Source: Candidatus Aminicenantes bacterium
GTDB taxonomy: Bacteria > Acidobacteriota > Aminicenantia > Aminicenantales > Aminicenantaceae
Length of the DNA: 64,000 nt
Assembly (NCBI GenBank): GCA_016927475.1
Contig: JAFGMO010000012.1
Coordinates: forward strand, 21,287-85,286
Reading direction: 5' to 3'
Shown: piece after piece, positions 19,974 to 29,144 of the stretch
Layout: the number at the start of each line of letters is the position of its first letter
How positions within the stretch are numbered: the first letter of the stretch is position 1
Translations under genes and position numbers: made by a program
The notes under the pieces: generated by a model
What the model saw: the letters and a program-made list of their open reading frames with translations, nothing else
Told to the model about the DNA's origin: nothing
Database searches by the model: none

Positions 19974-20675
19974 ATGACGATGTGGATCATCCTGTCAGGA
20001 ATTATTGCTCCCGCCCTTTTCTGGATGGGTTATTTTTACTATAAAGACCGGTTCCGGCCGGAACCCCTGATCAAAATCGGAACTTGCTATGTGATGGGAA
20101 TTTTGAGCGGATTCCTGTGCCTTAAGTTTTTTCATTTTTTAAATATGTTCGGCCTGCCGGATGACCTCAGTATCTACATGGAAACCAACCGATGGCGGTA
20201 CCTGCTTTATAATGTGTTGCTGGTGGGGGGAGTGGAGGAGCTTTTTAAATTTTTTCCTTTCTTAGCGGCTTTAAGATTCAAAGCATTTGATGAAAAAGTC
20301 GATGGATTCGTTTATGCCTCAATGATTGCATTGGGTTTTGCCAGCTATGAAAACAGCCTGTATCTTGTCTATATGTCCGGACCGGAAATGTTGGGACGGG
20401 CTTTTGCTTCCCCCCTTTCTCATACGATCTTCGCTTCTATTTGGGGGTATGCCGTCGGGGCCGCAAAAATTCAAAAAAAATCACTGTGGAGAGCAGTGGC
20501 CGTCAGCCTTCCCGCTGCCGCCATTTTTCATGGTGTCTTCAATTTTCTAACAACGTCACCTCTGCTGCGGATCGGGTCGGCGCTGCTCATTCTCGGAGGA
20601 TGGATCTGGCGTATCCGCATTCAGGATAAAAGCTTAAAAGCGGACAAAAAATTATCTTCAGGGAAAAAATTCTAA
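19974..20675 (+). CDS. PrsW-family intramembrane glutamic-type protease
   Basis: Polytopic membrane protein with E-E-x-x-K (GGVEELFKFFPF), FxxxH and HxxxN (IFHGVFN) motifs. Confidence 0.65.
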   Translation: MTMWIILSGIIAPALFWMGYFYYKDRFRPEPLIKIGTCYVMGILSGFLCLKFFHFLNMFGLPDDLSIYMETNRWRYLLYNVLLVGGVEELFKFFPFLAALRFKAFDEKVDGFVYASMIALGFASYENSLYLVYMSGPEMLGRAFASPLSHTIFASIWGYAVGAAKIQKKSLWRAVAVSLPAAAIFHGVFNFLTTSPLLRIGSALLILGGWIWRIRIQDKSLKADKKLSSGKKF

Positions 20676-20747
20676 AAACAATTTTTTTTTATTTTTTTTG
20701 TAACGATTTGTCCTAGAAAACCGTAATAATATATAGAGGAATTTTTG

Positions 20748-21065
20748 ATGAAAGAATTGACCTTATCCCAACTGACCATCCTTCTGGCCATTTTGCGTTT
20801 GAAGGACAATGCCTACGGTGTGACTATCCGGCGGCAGATCCATGAGGTAACGGGAAAAGCCTTTCCTTACGGAACCTTGTACAGCTTTCTGGAGCTTCTC
20901 CATAAAAAAGGTTATGTCGAGAAATTTATCGGGGGGCCGACAAAAAAAAGGGGAGGACGGCGGAAAATTCTTTACAAACCTACCAAAAAAGGTTTGGAAG
21001 CGCTGCAGGCGGCCCAAAAACTTCAGAAAGCCCTGTGGCGGGATATTCCGGAAAAGGTTGTGTGA
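20748..21065 (+). CDS. PadR family transcriptional regulator
   Basis: Paralog of the 16879 gene. ATG 20748 has RBS AGAGGA. Its stop TGA overlaps the ATG of the downstream permease (TGATG). Confidence 0.9.
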   Translation: MKELTLSQLTILLAILRLKDNAYGVTIRRQIHEVTGKAFPYGTLYSFLELLHKKGYVEKFIGGPTKKRGGRRKILYKPTKKGLEALQAAQKLQKALWRDIPEKVV

Positions 21066-23689
21066 TGCGTCCTCCGAAATATGCTGAAAAAATATGTAAT
21101 CGTTTGTCCAGACGCGGGGAAGAATTTTCCCTGGTCGGAGATCTGCAGGAGGAGTTTTGCGATTTGTGCTCTCAGAAGGGCGTCCTTTCCGCAAAAGTGT
21201 GGTACTGGAAGCAGGTTTTTTTATCCCTTCCCGGGTTTGTTTTTAATTCAATATTTTGGAGTTTCATCATGTTTAAAAACTACCTAAAGATTGTCTTGCG
21301 CAATCTCAAAAAAAACAAAATTTATACCGTCATCAACCTGGCCGGATTAGCTGTCGGTATGACCGCTTTTATCCTGATTTTTTTCCATATCCGCTATGAG
21401 CTCAGCTATGACGGCTTTCATGAAAAAGGGGAACGCGTCTACCGGATTATTCGGCAGTATTCACGAAATGTCATAAAAAACACACCGGAAGAGCTTTATA
21501 TCGGGGGAACTCCGGCTCCTCTGGCTCCTTACCTTGTTCAAACATATCCTGAGGTCTTGGCCGGAACACGGGTTGGAGAGGTGAACGGCATTCTTCGTCT
21601 GGAAGATTCAAAATTCAGCCAGAACGGGATTTTTGCCGACTCCAACTTTTTTGATATATTCAGCTTCAAGCTCCTGCAAGGCGACGCTGAAAGGGCTCTC
21701 CAAACCCCCTTTTCCATCATTTTGACCCGGGAACTGGCAAAAAAATGTTTCGGCCGGGAAGATCCCTTGGGTAAAATGATTCATTTTTATAAACAAAAAA
21801 ATGAAAGCCGTTCAGGCCAAAAGAACGAGGATTATGATGTGCAGGTCACGGGAATTCTTGAAGATGTGCCTTCAAACTCCCACCTCCGGTTCGATTACAT
21901 CCTTTCCTTTGCCACCATCACAGCGACACCGGGAAACGCGCAGCTTCTTGAGACGTGGCAAAGGAGCGATTATTACAATTATATCGAGCTCGACCCTCAA
22001 ACCGGGCCCGATGTTTTTAATGAGAAAATCGCCGCTTTGGCCGATCAGCGCAGAGGACAGAAGATCGAAACATATGTCCTTCAATCCCTGAGGGATATTC
22101 ATTTCAAACTCGGTATCTTAGATGAAATGCCTGGGAATATGGTCGGAGACATCAAACAAGTCACTTTTTTTTCTCTTATCGCTTTCGTTATTTTACTTGT
22201 GGCCTGTATCAACTACATGAATCTGGCCACGGCCAGGTTCACCCGGCGCCTCAAGGAAATCGGCGTCAGGAAGGTGATCGGGGCTCACAAATCCCAGCTC
22301 GTGCGCCAGTTTTTGACGGAATCGACCCTGCTCTCCGTTTTTGCGGTTTTTCTAGCTCTTGGAATGGTCGGGCTTCTTCTGCCCGTCTTTTCACGCTTTG
22401 TCGGCCGGGAGATTTCCTTGTCTCTTTTCAACGATCCTCTGATTTTAAGTGTTCTTTTTGGTGTGGTCGTTTTTACGGGACTTATCTCCGGAAGCTATCC
22501 CGCCCTTTTTCTATCTTCCATTCGACCCATATCCATTTTCAGAGGAGGATCCAACCTGCGCCTCAGCGGGGGACGAATGCGAAATATGATGGTTTGTCTC
22601 CAGTTTGCCGTGACCATCCTCCTTATCACCTGCACGGTCGTCATTTCCAGTCAGATACGTCATGTTTTGCATAAAGATGTGGGGTATGACCGTGAGCATG
22701 TGGTCGTTATGCCGCTTCGGGACGAAGAGGCCAGGAACCAAGGATCGATCATTCTGAAAGAACTGCGACGACTTCCGAATGTGCAATATGCAACAAGTTC
22801 GGAATATATCCCCTTGGCCGTCAACAATATTCCGGGCTTTTGGTATGAGGATGAAAGCGGTGATCGGCAGAACATCAACGCGCTTGAGAGCGGCATCAAT
22901 TATGACTTTTTTAAGGTTTTCAAACTCAAACTTTTGGCCGGACGGACGTTTTCTCCCGAATACCAGGATGATGAGAAAGGAACCGTCATTCTCAATGAGA
23001 CCGCAGCCCGAAAAACCGGATGGAAAGAACCCGTCGGAAAAATGGTCCACTGTATGGGTTATCGGCGGATCATAGGCGTTGTCAAAGATTTTCATCATGC
23101 TTCCCTTCATGAGGGTATTCAGCCCATGGTTCTCCACCTGCGGCCCCAGGGATTCGCTTATGTTTGTGTCCGAATCAATCCGGACAACATTCCTCGAACC
23201 ATTTCCCTGCTGAAAAAAAACGTAGAAAAATTCAGCCCGCATTTTGCGTTTGAATATTATTTTCAAGATGATTATTTCAATATGAAATATAGTGCGGACC
23301 AGCGCTTCCGCATCCTTTTCGGTTCTTTTTCTCTTCTGGCTGTTTTCATCGCCTGTATCGGTCTCTTCGGTTTGTCCTCGTTTGTGATGGAACAAAGAAC
23401 AAAAGAAATCGGAATCCGCAAAGTTTTGGGAGCATCTCTTCCCGGACTTATAAGGCTTTTATCCTGGAAATATATCATATTGGTGGTAGCGGCCAATGCC
23501 GTGGCCTGGCCGCTGGCTTATATTATCATGAGCCGCTGGCTGCAAAATTTCGCCTTCAGAATAGATCTTGAAGCCTGGATGTTTCTTTTGGCTTCATTAA
23601 TAACCCTGCTTATCGTAATGTTGACGGTGAGTATCCAATCGTTCAGGGCGGCCCGGACCGATCCCGTTCGTTCCTTACGCTTCGAATGA
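21065..23689 (+). CDS. two-domain FtsX/MacB-like ABC transporter permease with prefix domain
   Basis: Same architecture as 17196; MFKNYLKIVLRNLKKNK motif. Confidence 0.85.
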   Translation: MRPPKYAEKICNRLSRRGEEFSLVGDLQEEFCDLCSQKGVLSAKVWYWKQVFLSLPGFVFNSIFWSFIMFKNYLKIVLRNLKKNKIYTVINLAGLAVGMTAFILIFFHIRYELSYDGFHEKGERVYRIIRQYSRNVIKNTPEELYIGGTPAPLAPYLVQTYPEVLAGTRVGEVNGILRLEDSKFSQNGIFADSNFFDIFSFKLLQGDAERALQTPFSIILTRELAKKCFGREDPLGKMIHFYKQKNESRSGQKNEDYDVQVTGILEDVPSNSHLRFDYILSFATITATPGNAQLLETWQRSDYYNYIELDPQTGPDVFNEKIAALADQRRGQKIETYVLQSLRDIHFKLGILDEMPGNMVGDIKQVTFFSLIAFVILLVACINYMNLATARFTRRLKEIGVRKVIGAHKSQLVRQFLTESTLLSVFAVFLALGMVGLLLPVFSRFVGREISLSLFNDPLILSVLFGVVVFTGLISGSYPALFLSSIRPISIFRGGSNLRLSGGRMRNMMVCLQFAVTILLITCTVVISSQIRHVLHKDVGYDREHVVVMPLRDEEARNQGSIILKELRRLPNVQYATSSEYIPLAVNNIPGFWYEDESGDRQNINALESGINYDFFKVFKLKLLAGRTFSPEYQDDEKGTVILNETAARKTGWKEPVGKMVHCMGYRRIIGVVKDFHHASLHEGIQPMVLHLRPQGFAYVCVRINPDNIPRTISLLKKNVEKFSPHFAFEYYFQDDYFNMKYSADQRFRILFGSFSLLAVFIACIGLFGLSSFVMEQRTKEIGIRKVLGASLPGLIRLLSWKYIILVVAANAVAWPLAYIIMSRWLQNFAFRIDLEAWMFLLASLITLLIVMLTVSIQSFRAARTDPVRSLRFE

Positions 23690-23747
23690 AGGGGTCGAAC
23701 AAAAACGTGATCCGTTCACGCTGATTTAAGATAAAAAGGGCTTTTAA

Positions 23748-23954
23748 CCTGCTTTATTCACGAGCCAACAAAGCAGATGCGGTAAGATCGGCGGATTAGG
23801 TTGGGTCGGCGCCTGAAAGGTAAATTTGGCCGGCATTTTCTTAAAAACGGTCGTGGAAAATGTTTCATTATCACTTTTACCGAAAATCACTCTCAAATGA
23901 CACAAAATATTGAAATTATCTGTTGGTGTCGGCCAAACTTATGAATAATGCAGG
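23748..23954 (-). mobile_element. MITE-like repeat, copy C (complete, about 207 bp)
   Basis: Runs from CCTGCTTTATTCACGAGCC to GGCCAAACTTATGAATAATGCAGG. TIRs and internal segments align with copies A and B. Confidence 0.7.
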
Positions 23955-23974
23955 TTAAATAGAAGGCGAAAAAA

Positions 23975-26557
23975 TCACTCATACCGGAGCGAGTCAACAG
24001 GATTAGATGTGGCTTCCCTTAGGAATTGAAATATAACTGCAGAAATGGCGACGGCGAAAGCTAAAAATGATGAAAAAACAAAAATCTCCAGCCGCATTCC
24101 AATTTTATAAGCAAAATTCCTCAGCCAACCGGACATCACAAAATATGCAAGGGGCCAAGCGATAACATTGGCTATAAGAACCCACAACATAAACTCTTTC
24201 CCCAAAATCAAAATCATATTTCCAGGCGAAGCCCCAAGAACCTTCCGGATACAGATTTCTTTTTTCCTCTGCTCAATGGCAAAAGAAGTCAATCCTATGA
24301 GTCCTAAACAGGCAATAAAAACAGCGAGGCCGGCAAAAACATTGATGAGTTTTCCCATGCGCATTTCCGGCTTATAGTGTCTTTCATACTGTTCTTCCAT
24401 AAAACGGAAGGCGAACGGAATATGAGGAAAGATATTTTTCCATATTTTATTTATATCTGTGAGAGTCATGGGAATGCTATCCTGATGAATTTTTATCAGC
24501 ACATGATTCCAATAATCTTCAGAGCCGATGCCCATAGCCAAAGGGCCGATACCCGAATGGAGCGAATGAAAATGAAAATCCTTCATCACTCCGATGACCC
24601 GGCCTTCCCGTCCGAAAAATGAAAACTTTGCTCCGACAGGAGACTCGGCTTCCATCATTCCGGCCAATGTTTCATTGATCAGAAATGCCTGCGTGGCATC
24701 GGTAGAATATTTTTTTGAAAACGGCCTTCCCTCTGCCAATTCGATATTTAAGGTGTCAAGAAAGTCATAATCCACCAGGTTTCCGGTAACATGAACAATC
24801 TCTTCCGGGTTCTTTCCCTCCCAATTCACGCTAGATGAACTGGTTTCGAAACTGGTCGGATCGGAGTAAGCAGCCGTAACATTCAAAATCCGGGGGTGTT
24901 TCAAGAGTTCGGTTCTCAGAATATCGTATGATTTTTTCATTTCTTTGCTTAGAGAAATCCCTATGAGATTTTCTCTTTCCCAGCCTATTTTTCTGTTGCG
25001 GACATAATCGAGTTGGCTGTAAACAACAATGGCTCCAATAATCAGAATGACCGATATGGAAAACTGAAGAATAACAAGAATCCGTCTGAATCCTGATTTT
25101 TTCTTCCCTTTTTGTAAAACATTCTTAAAAACATGAACGGGACGAAAAGACGAAAGAAATAGAGCTGGATAACTGCCGGCAACACATGCCGCAAATAAAT
25201 TGATTCCAACCAATCCAATAATGGCCTGCCAGTTGAAAAGAGAACGAATAGTTATCTGCTTTCCTGTAAATTTATTGAATTCGGGCAGAATGAGACAAAT
25301 GATTACCAAGGCCAGACCGAGCGCCAAGAAAGTCACAAACATAGACTCTCCGAGAAATTGAACGATCATATGTCTGCGCGTTGCCCCGAGAGTTTTCCGC
25401 ATCCCGATTTCCTTGGCCCTGTTGAACGATATGGCAGTCGTCAGGTTCATAAAATTGAAACATGCAATCAGCAGAATGAACACTGCAACAATGGAAAAGA
25501 TATAAACATAATCGATGCCTCTTAATCCTGGTGACAGCCGGTAATGCGATCGGAGATGAATATCAGAAATGGGTTCCAACAGAATTTCAGTTTTCGCGCC
25601 AGGCGAATATTGCTGGATGATTTTCTTTATTTTCTGATTGACCTCAAAAAATGAGGCTTTCTCTCCGAGTAAGACGTATGTTCGATAGCTGTTCATCCCC
25701 CAGCTATTGGGTTCATACCAATTCATGTGATTCAAATGGGACCACGGCAAAACGAAATCAAACTGGCGAATATGTGTATTATAAGGAATGTCTTGGAAAA
25801 CTCCCCTGACAGTATATTCGAACCGGCTATCAACCTGGATTATTTTTCCGATAGGATCTTCGTTTCCAAAAAAACTTTCAGCCCGTCTCTCACTGATGAG
25901 AGCAGAGTTCGGCGTATTCAGGGATGCTGCCCCTTCCCCTTTGATAAAGGGAAATGTGAAAAGATCAAAAAAAGAGGGCTCTACCACGATCATATTGGTC
26001 TCATTGAACGATTTATTTCCAGAGCGGAGAGGTACACTTCCCCAATAGCTGAGCCTTGTTGTCTCTACGATCTCAGGAAAATCATTTTTCAGTACCTGTC
26101 CCAGCGGAGGAGGTGTGGCTACAATTTTCCGTATTCCCCTTGATGACGGCAAATTCACAACCACTCTATACAAACGATCACGATTCTCATGAAAACGGTC
26201 ATAGCTATGCTCATCCAAAATCCAGAGCGTTATAAGAAGACAGCAGATCAATCCGACAGCTAATCCTGTGATGTTGATAAAAGAATAAGTTTTGTGCCTT
26301 CTCATGTTTCTCCAGGTGATCAAGGCATAGTTCTTAAACATCACCAGCTTGAATCGAATGGCATCCGCAACAAAAGGAGGGACGGATTTAAGTATATTGA
26401 GTGCTAACCAAAAATTCGCGAAAGGTCTTCCCCGGTTAGCGGCGATCTGCGCATATTCCTCTTCGAAATCACCGATGTTTGTATCATCGGCATATCCGGG
26501 TAAAACCCGGCGAAGCATCCAAACCAGGAATTTGGCAGGTTTATTTTTACGACTCAT
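23975..26557 (-). CDS. two-domain FtsX/MacB-like ABC transporter permease with prefix domain
   Basis: MFKNYALITWRNMRRHKTYS motif and duplicated FtsX domains. ATG 26557 overlaps the PadR 3' end by 11 nt. Confidence 0.85.
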   Translation of the reverse strand: MSRKNKPAKFLVWMLRRVLPGYADDTNIGDFEEEYAQIAANRGRPFANFWLALNILKSVPPFVADAIRFKLVMFKNYALITWRNMRRHKTYSFINITGLAVGLICCLLITLWILDEHSYDRFHENRDRLYRVVVNLPSSRGIRKIVATPPPLGQVLKNDFPEIVETTRLSYWGSVPLRSGNKSFNETNMIVVEPSFFDLFTFPFIKGEGAASLNTPNSALISERRAESFFGNEDPIGKIIQVDSRFEYTVRGVFQDIPYNTHIRQFDFVLPWSHLNHMNWYEPNSWGMNSYRTYVLLGEKASFFEVNQKIKKIIQQYSPGAKTEILLEPISDIHLRSHYRLSPGLRGIDYVYIFSIVAVFILLIACFNFMNLTTAISFNRAKEIGMRKTLGATRRHMIVQFLGESMFVTFLALGLALVIICLILPEFNKFTGKQITIRSLFNWQAIIGLVGINLFAACVAGSYPALFLSSFRPVHVFKNVLQKGKKKSGFRRILVILQFSISVILIIGAIVVYSQLDYVRNRKIGWERENLIGISLSKEMKKSYDILRTELLKHPRILNVTAAYSDPTSFETSSSSVNWEGKNPEEIVHVTGNLVDYDFLDTLNIELAEGRPFSKKYSTDATQAFLINETLAGMMEAESPVGAKFSFFGREGRVIGVMKDFHFHSLHSGIGPLAMGIGSEDYWNHVLIKIHQDSIPMTLTDINKIWKNIFPHIPFAFRFMEEQYERHYKPEMRMGKLINVFAGLAVFIACLGLIGLTSFAIEQRKKEICIRKVLGASPGNMILILGKEFMLWVLIANVIAWPLAYFVMSGWLRNFAYKIGMRLEIFVFSSFLAFAVAISAVIFQFLREATSNPVDSLRYE

Positions 26558-26888
26558 TTGAAGCCTTCTTTTCTGAGGAAAATTCGGGAACTCCTGTCCA
26601 CATAGAATCATGAAGCTTTCTGACTTCGTCCAAGGCTTTTAATCCGGGAGGCGTCATTTTGTATATTCGCCTGCTTTTTCCTCCCCGCACGGGAATGGGA
26701 TCAACCAAATAAGATTTGACCAATCCTTTCTTTTCCAGCCGATGCAGGGGCACATAAATGGCACCGAATGACCATGTCTTGCCGGTAAGCTTGGAGACAT
26801 GTTTTCTGATCGAGACACAATAGGCATCTTCTTGCAGCTCCCAGACAGCATGCAGCAAAAGCTCTTCAGGCCGCGATAGAAATTTCAT
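26547..26888 (-). CDS. PadR family transcriptional regulator
   Basis: PadR signature (LHAVWELQEDAYCVSI...GAIYVPLHRLEKKGLV). Confidence 0.9.
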   Translation of the reverse strand: MKFLSRPEELLLHAVWELQEDAYCVSIRKHVSKLTGKTWSFGAIYVPLHRLEKKGLVKSYLVDPIPVRGGKSRRIYKMTPPGLKALDEVRKLHDSMWTGVPEFSSEKKASNES

Positions 26889-26918
26889 GTACGTTCCTTT
26901 CTTTGTTATATTTCTTAC

Positions 26919-26947
26919 AATATAATTAATATATATCGTTTTGTCAA
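26919..26947 (-). promoter_or_regulatory. sigma70-like promoter TTGACA-N17-TATATT for the minus-strand PadR-permease operon, with three flanking GTAAGGAATAT repeats
   Basis: Minus-strand TTGACA (26947-42), 17-nt spacer, TATATT (26924-19) and RBS AAGGAA before ATG 26888. The motif GTAAGGAATAT or its complement occurs at ~26911, ~26945 and ~26965. Confidence 0.45.
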
Positions 26948-27292
26948 GGAATATTTTTTAATTTGTAAGGAATATAAAGTGCTTTTTGTGCGCCTTCCAA
27001 AGGCTGGGCTGGGATAATCCGCAAATTGCATGAGGCATGCCGGCTGCTTTGTGCCGATTCGAGGGTGGAATCTATCTTAATATTTCAGGTTTGAGCATCT
27101 TGGTGACTTTGTTTGGTTTTTTGAGTCGTTGGCCTTGTCGCTCTGGACGTGAAAGTCTTATTCCAGGATGTTTGTGGTTGGATATTGAGAAAAATTTTAG
27201 GAGATTTTATGATAGGCCGAAAAGGAACCTATAGTTATGAAAATCGGGGATGCCCTATCGTCTGAACACCTATATATCTTTGTTTAATCGGT

Positions 27293-28891
27293 CTAATTTT
27301 TTTTCTTCATCCCCGGCTGGGTGATTTGGAAATTTTCTTTGGCTTTGGCCTGGCTGACTATATTGCGGACATCGGCCAGAAGCTGTTTCGCATCATAAAC
27401 GATTCCGTCTTTGATGGTATATGAAACTCCGCCCACTCGAACGGCCTGGTTTTGCTCATTCAATTTAATAGCGCCGGTGCCGTAGAGGACCTTGAAGTTA
27501 GGCAGAGGATTTTCTCCCACAACGACCAGATCGGCCAGTTTGCCGGCCTCGATCGTGCCCAATTCGTCCTCGGCTCCTAAGGCCTCGGCTCCTTTCAAGG
27601 TCGCGGCCCGAATGATCTCCAGGGGATGAAACCCGGCCTCACGGAGTAGTTCAAACTCGCGGATAAAACCGAATCCCCAGAGTTTATAAATAAACCCGGA
27701 ATCGGCACCCATGGCCACCCGGCCGCCTCGATTCTTATATTCATTGATAAAAGTCATCCACAATTTGTAGTTGTTTTTCCAGGCCACCTCGTCTTCCGTC
27801 GTCCAGTAATACCAGTAGGCCCCGTGGGAGGTCCGGCTGGGCGTATAAAATCTCCATAACACCGGCAGGGTATACTCTTCATGCCATTCGGCCCGGCGGG
27901 CCCGCATTAGATCCCGGCTGGCCTCGTAAATGGTCAGGGTCGGAACCAAGGTGAAATCGAGCTCGATCAGCTCATTCATGACCTTGTTCCATTTTTCGCT
28001 GTATGGCGGGGCGGCCTGGGACCAGAGCCTTCCGGCATTACCGAAGCGGTCTTGCTCGTTGCCGTAAACCGCGTCCAAGGGCCAATCCTGAATGGTGGAG
28101 TGATCGAGGAAGGATTCGGGCAGTCCGTACCAATGTTCCATGGTGGTGAGGCCCATCCTTGCCAGGTCGAGCATATTGGTCCGGCCCACCGCGTTCTGGG
28201 CCAGATGACAGGCCGATCGCAGGCCCAGCTTTTTCGCTTCATCAAGAACCGCCGCATAGGCTTTGGGCGGCATAGCAAAAAGCTTAACCCCGTCAACCCC
28301 GGCTTCGGCATTGTGCCGCACCTGTTCCCGCGCCTTATCGGGATCCGATGTTCTGACGACGTGGTATGCATAGATTCGCGGGGCGGTTATTTCGTTGCGG
28401 GCGCTCTGCTGTTTCTGCTCGATCAGCCACTTGAGGCTGTTGCGGGTTCCCACTTCGCGAATGGTGGTCACTCCGTGTCCCATCAGCAGCTTATAGACAT
28501 ACTCGGAAGGAATCCCGCTGGTAGAGCCGATATGTTCGTGCATATCGACAAAACCGGGAAGAATATACATTCCCCTTAAGTCCATAACTTTTTGACCGGG
28601 TTTTGCTTCGGGAGCGGGACGAACCGGCATTCCCGGAACTCCGACTCCCCGGATGGAAACGATCCGGTTCTGTCTGATGACGATCGTGACCGGGCCTGCA
28701 GGAATAGCCCCAGTTCCATCGATTATGGTGGCCCCGTGGAGAATCAAAGTATCGAATGGTCCCTCCCCTTGGGAGCGGGGTGGAGGCGAGGCCACGGCCT
28801 GGCGCTGGGATTCCGCGATCACGGCGTCGGAACCGATAACACTAAGTAATAAAACAAAAAAAACAAGCACATTTAATCGCCGGTATTTCAT
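27293..28891 (-). CDS. secreted amidohydrolase-family metal-dependent hydrolase
   Basis: Signal peptide and the N-terminal HxH metal motif (LPGFVDMHEHIG) of the amidohydrolase superfamily. RBS AAGGAG. Confidence 0.8.
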   Translation of the reverse strand: MKYRRLNVLVFFVLLLSVIGSDAVIAESQRQAVASPPPRSQGEGPFDTLILHGATIIDGTGAIPAGPVTIVIRQNRIVSIRGVGVPGMPVRPAPEAKPGQKVMDLRGMYILPGFVDMHEHIGSTSGIPSEYVYKLLMGHGVTTIREVGTRNSLKWLIEQKQQSARNEITAPRIYAYHVVRTSDPDKAREQVRHNAEAGVDGVKLFAMPPKAYAAVLDEAKKLGLRSACHLAQNAVGRTNMLDLARMGLTTMEHWYGLPESFLDHSTIQDWPLDAVYGNEQDRFGNAGRLWSQAAPPYSEKWNKVMNELIELDFTLVPTLTIYEASRDLMRARRAEWHEEYTLPVLWRFYTPSRTSHGAYWYYWTTEDEVAWKNNYKLWMTFINEYKNRGGRVAMGADSGFIYKLWGFGFIREFELLREAGFHPLEIIRAATLKGAEALGAEDELGTIEAGKLADLVVVGENPLPNFKVLYGTGAIKLNEQNQAVRVGGVSYTIKDGIVYDAKQLLADVRNIVSQAKAKENFQITQPGMKKKN

Positions 28892-29144
28892 GCCTATCTC
28901 CTTTTGATCGGATATAATTTCCTGAATTAACCAGATATTTATCCCTGAAAGAATAACAGTATCAGATTCAGATCACCCTCGTCAATCTAGAGTCATAATA
29001 TACCTTTTTTTAGAGAATTTTTTGAATGACGATGCTGTGGTTGTATAATTTGAAATGTTTCTTATATAATTTAGGAAAGCATATGAAAATAGATGGTTCG
29101 TTGTAATTTAATAAATAGCCATTAAAGATAATAGAGGAAGTAGG

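Noticed and set aside
22511-23395. 294-aa ORF on the minus strand
   Set aside because: Entirely antisense to the well-supported permease gene 21065-23689. It has no RBS or domain signal and is a spurious ORF from codon-bias mirroring.
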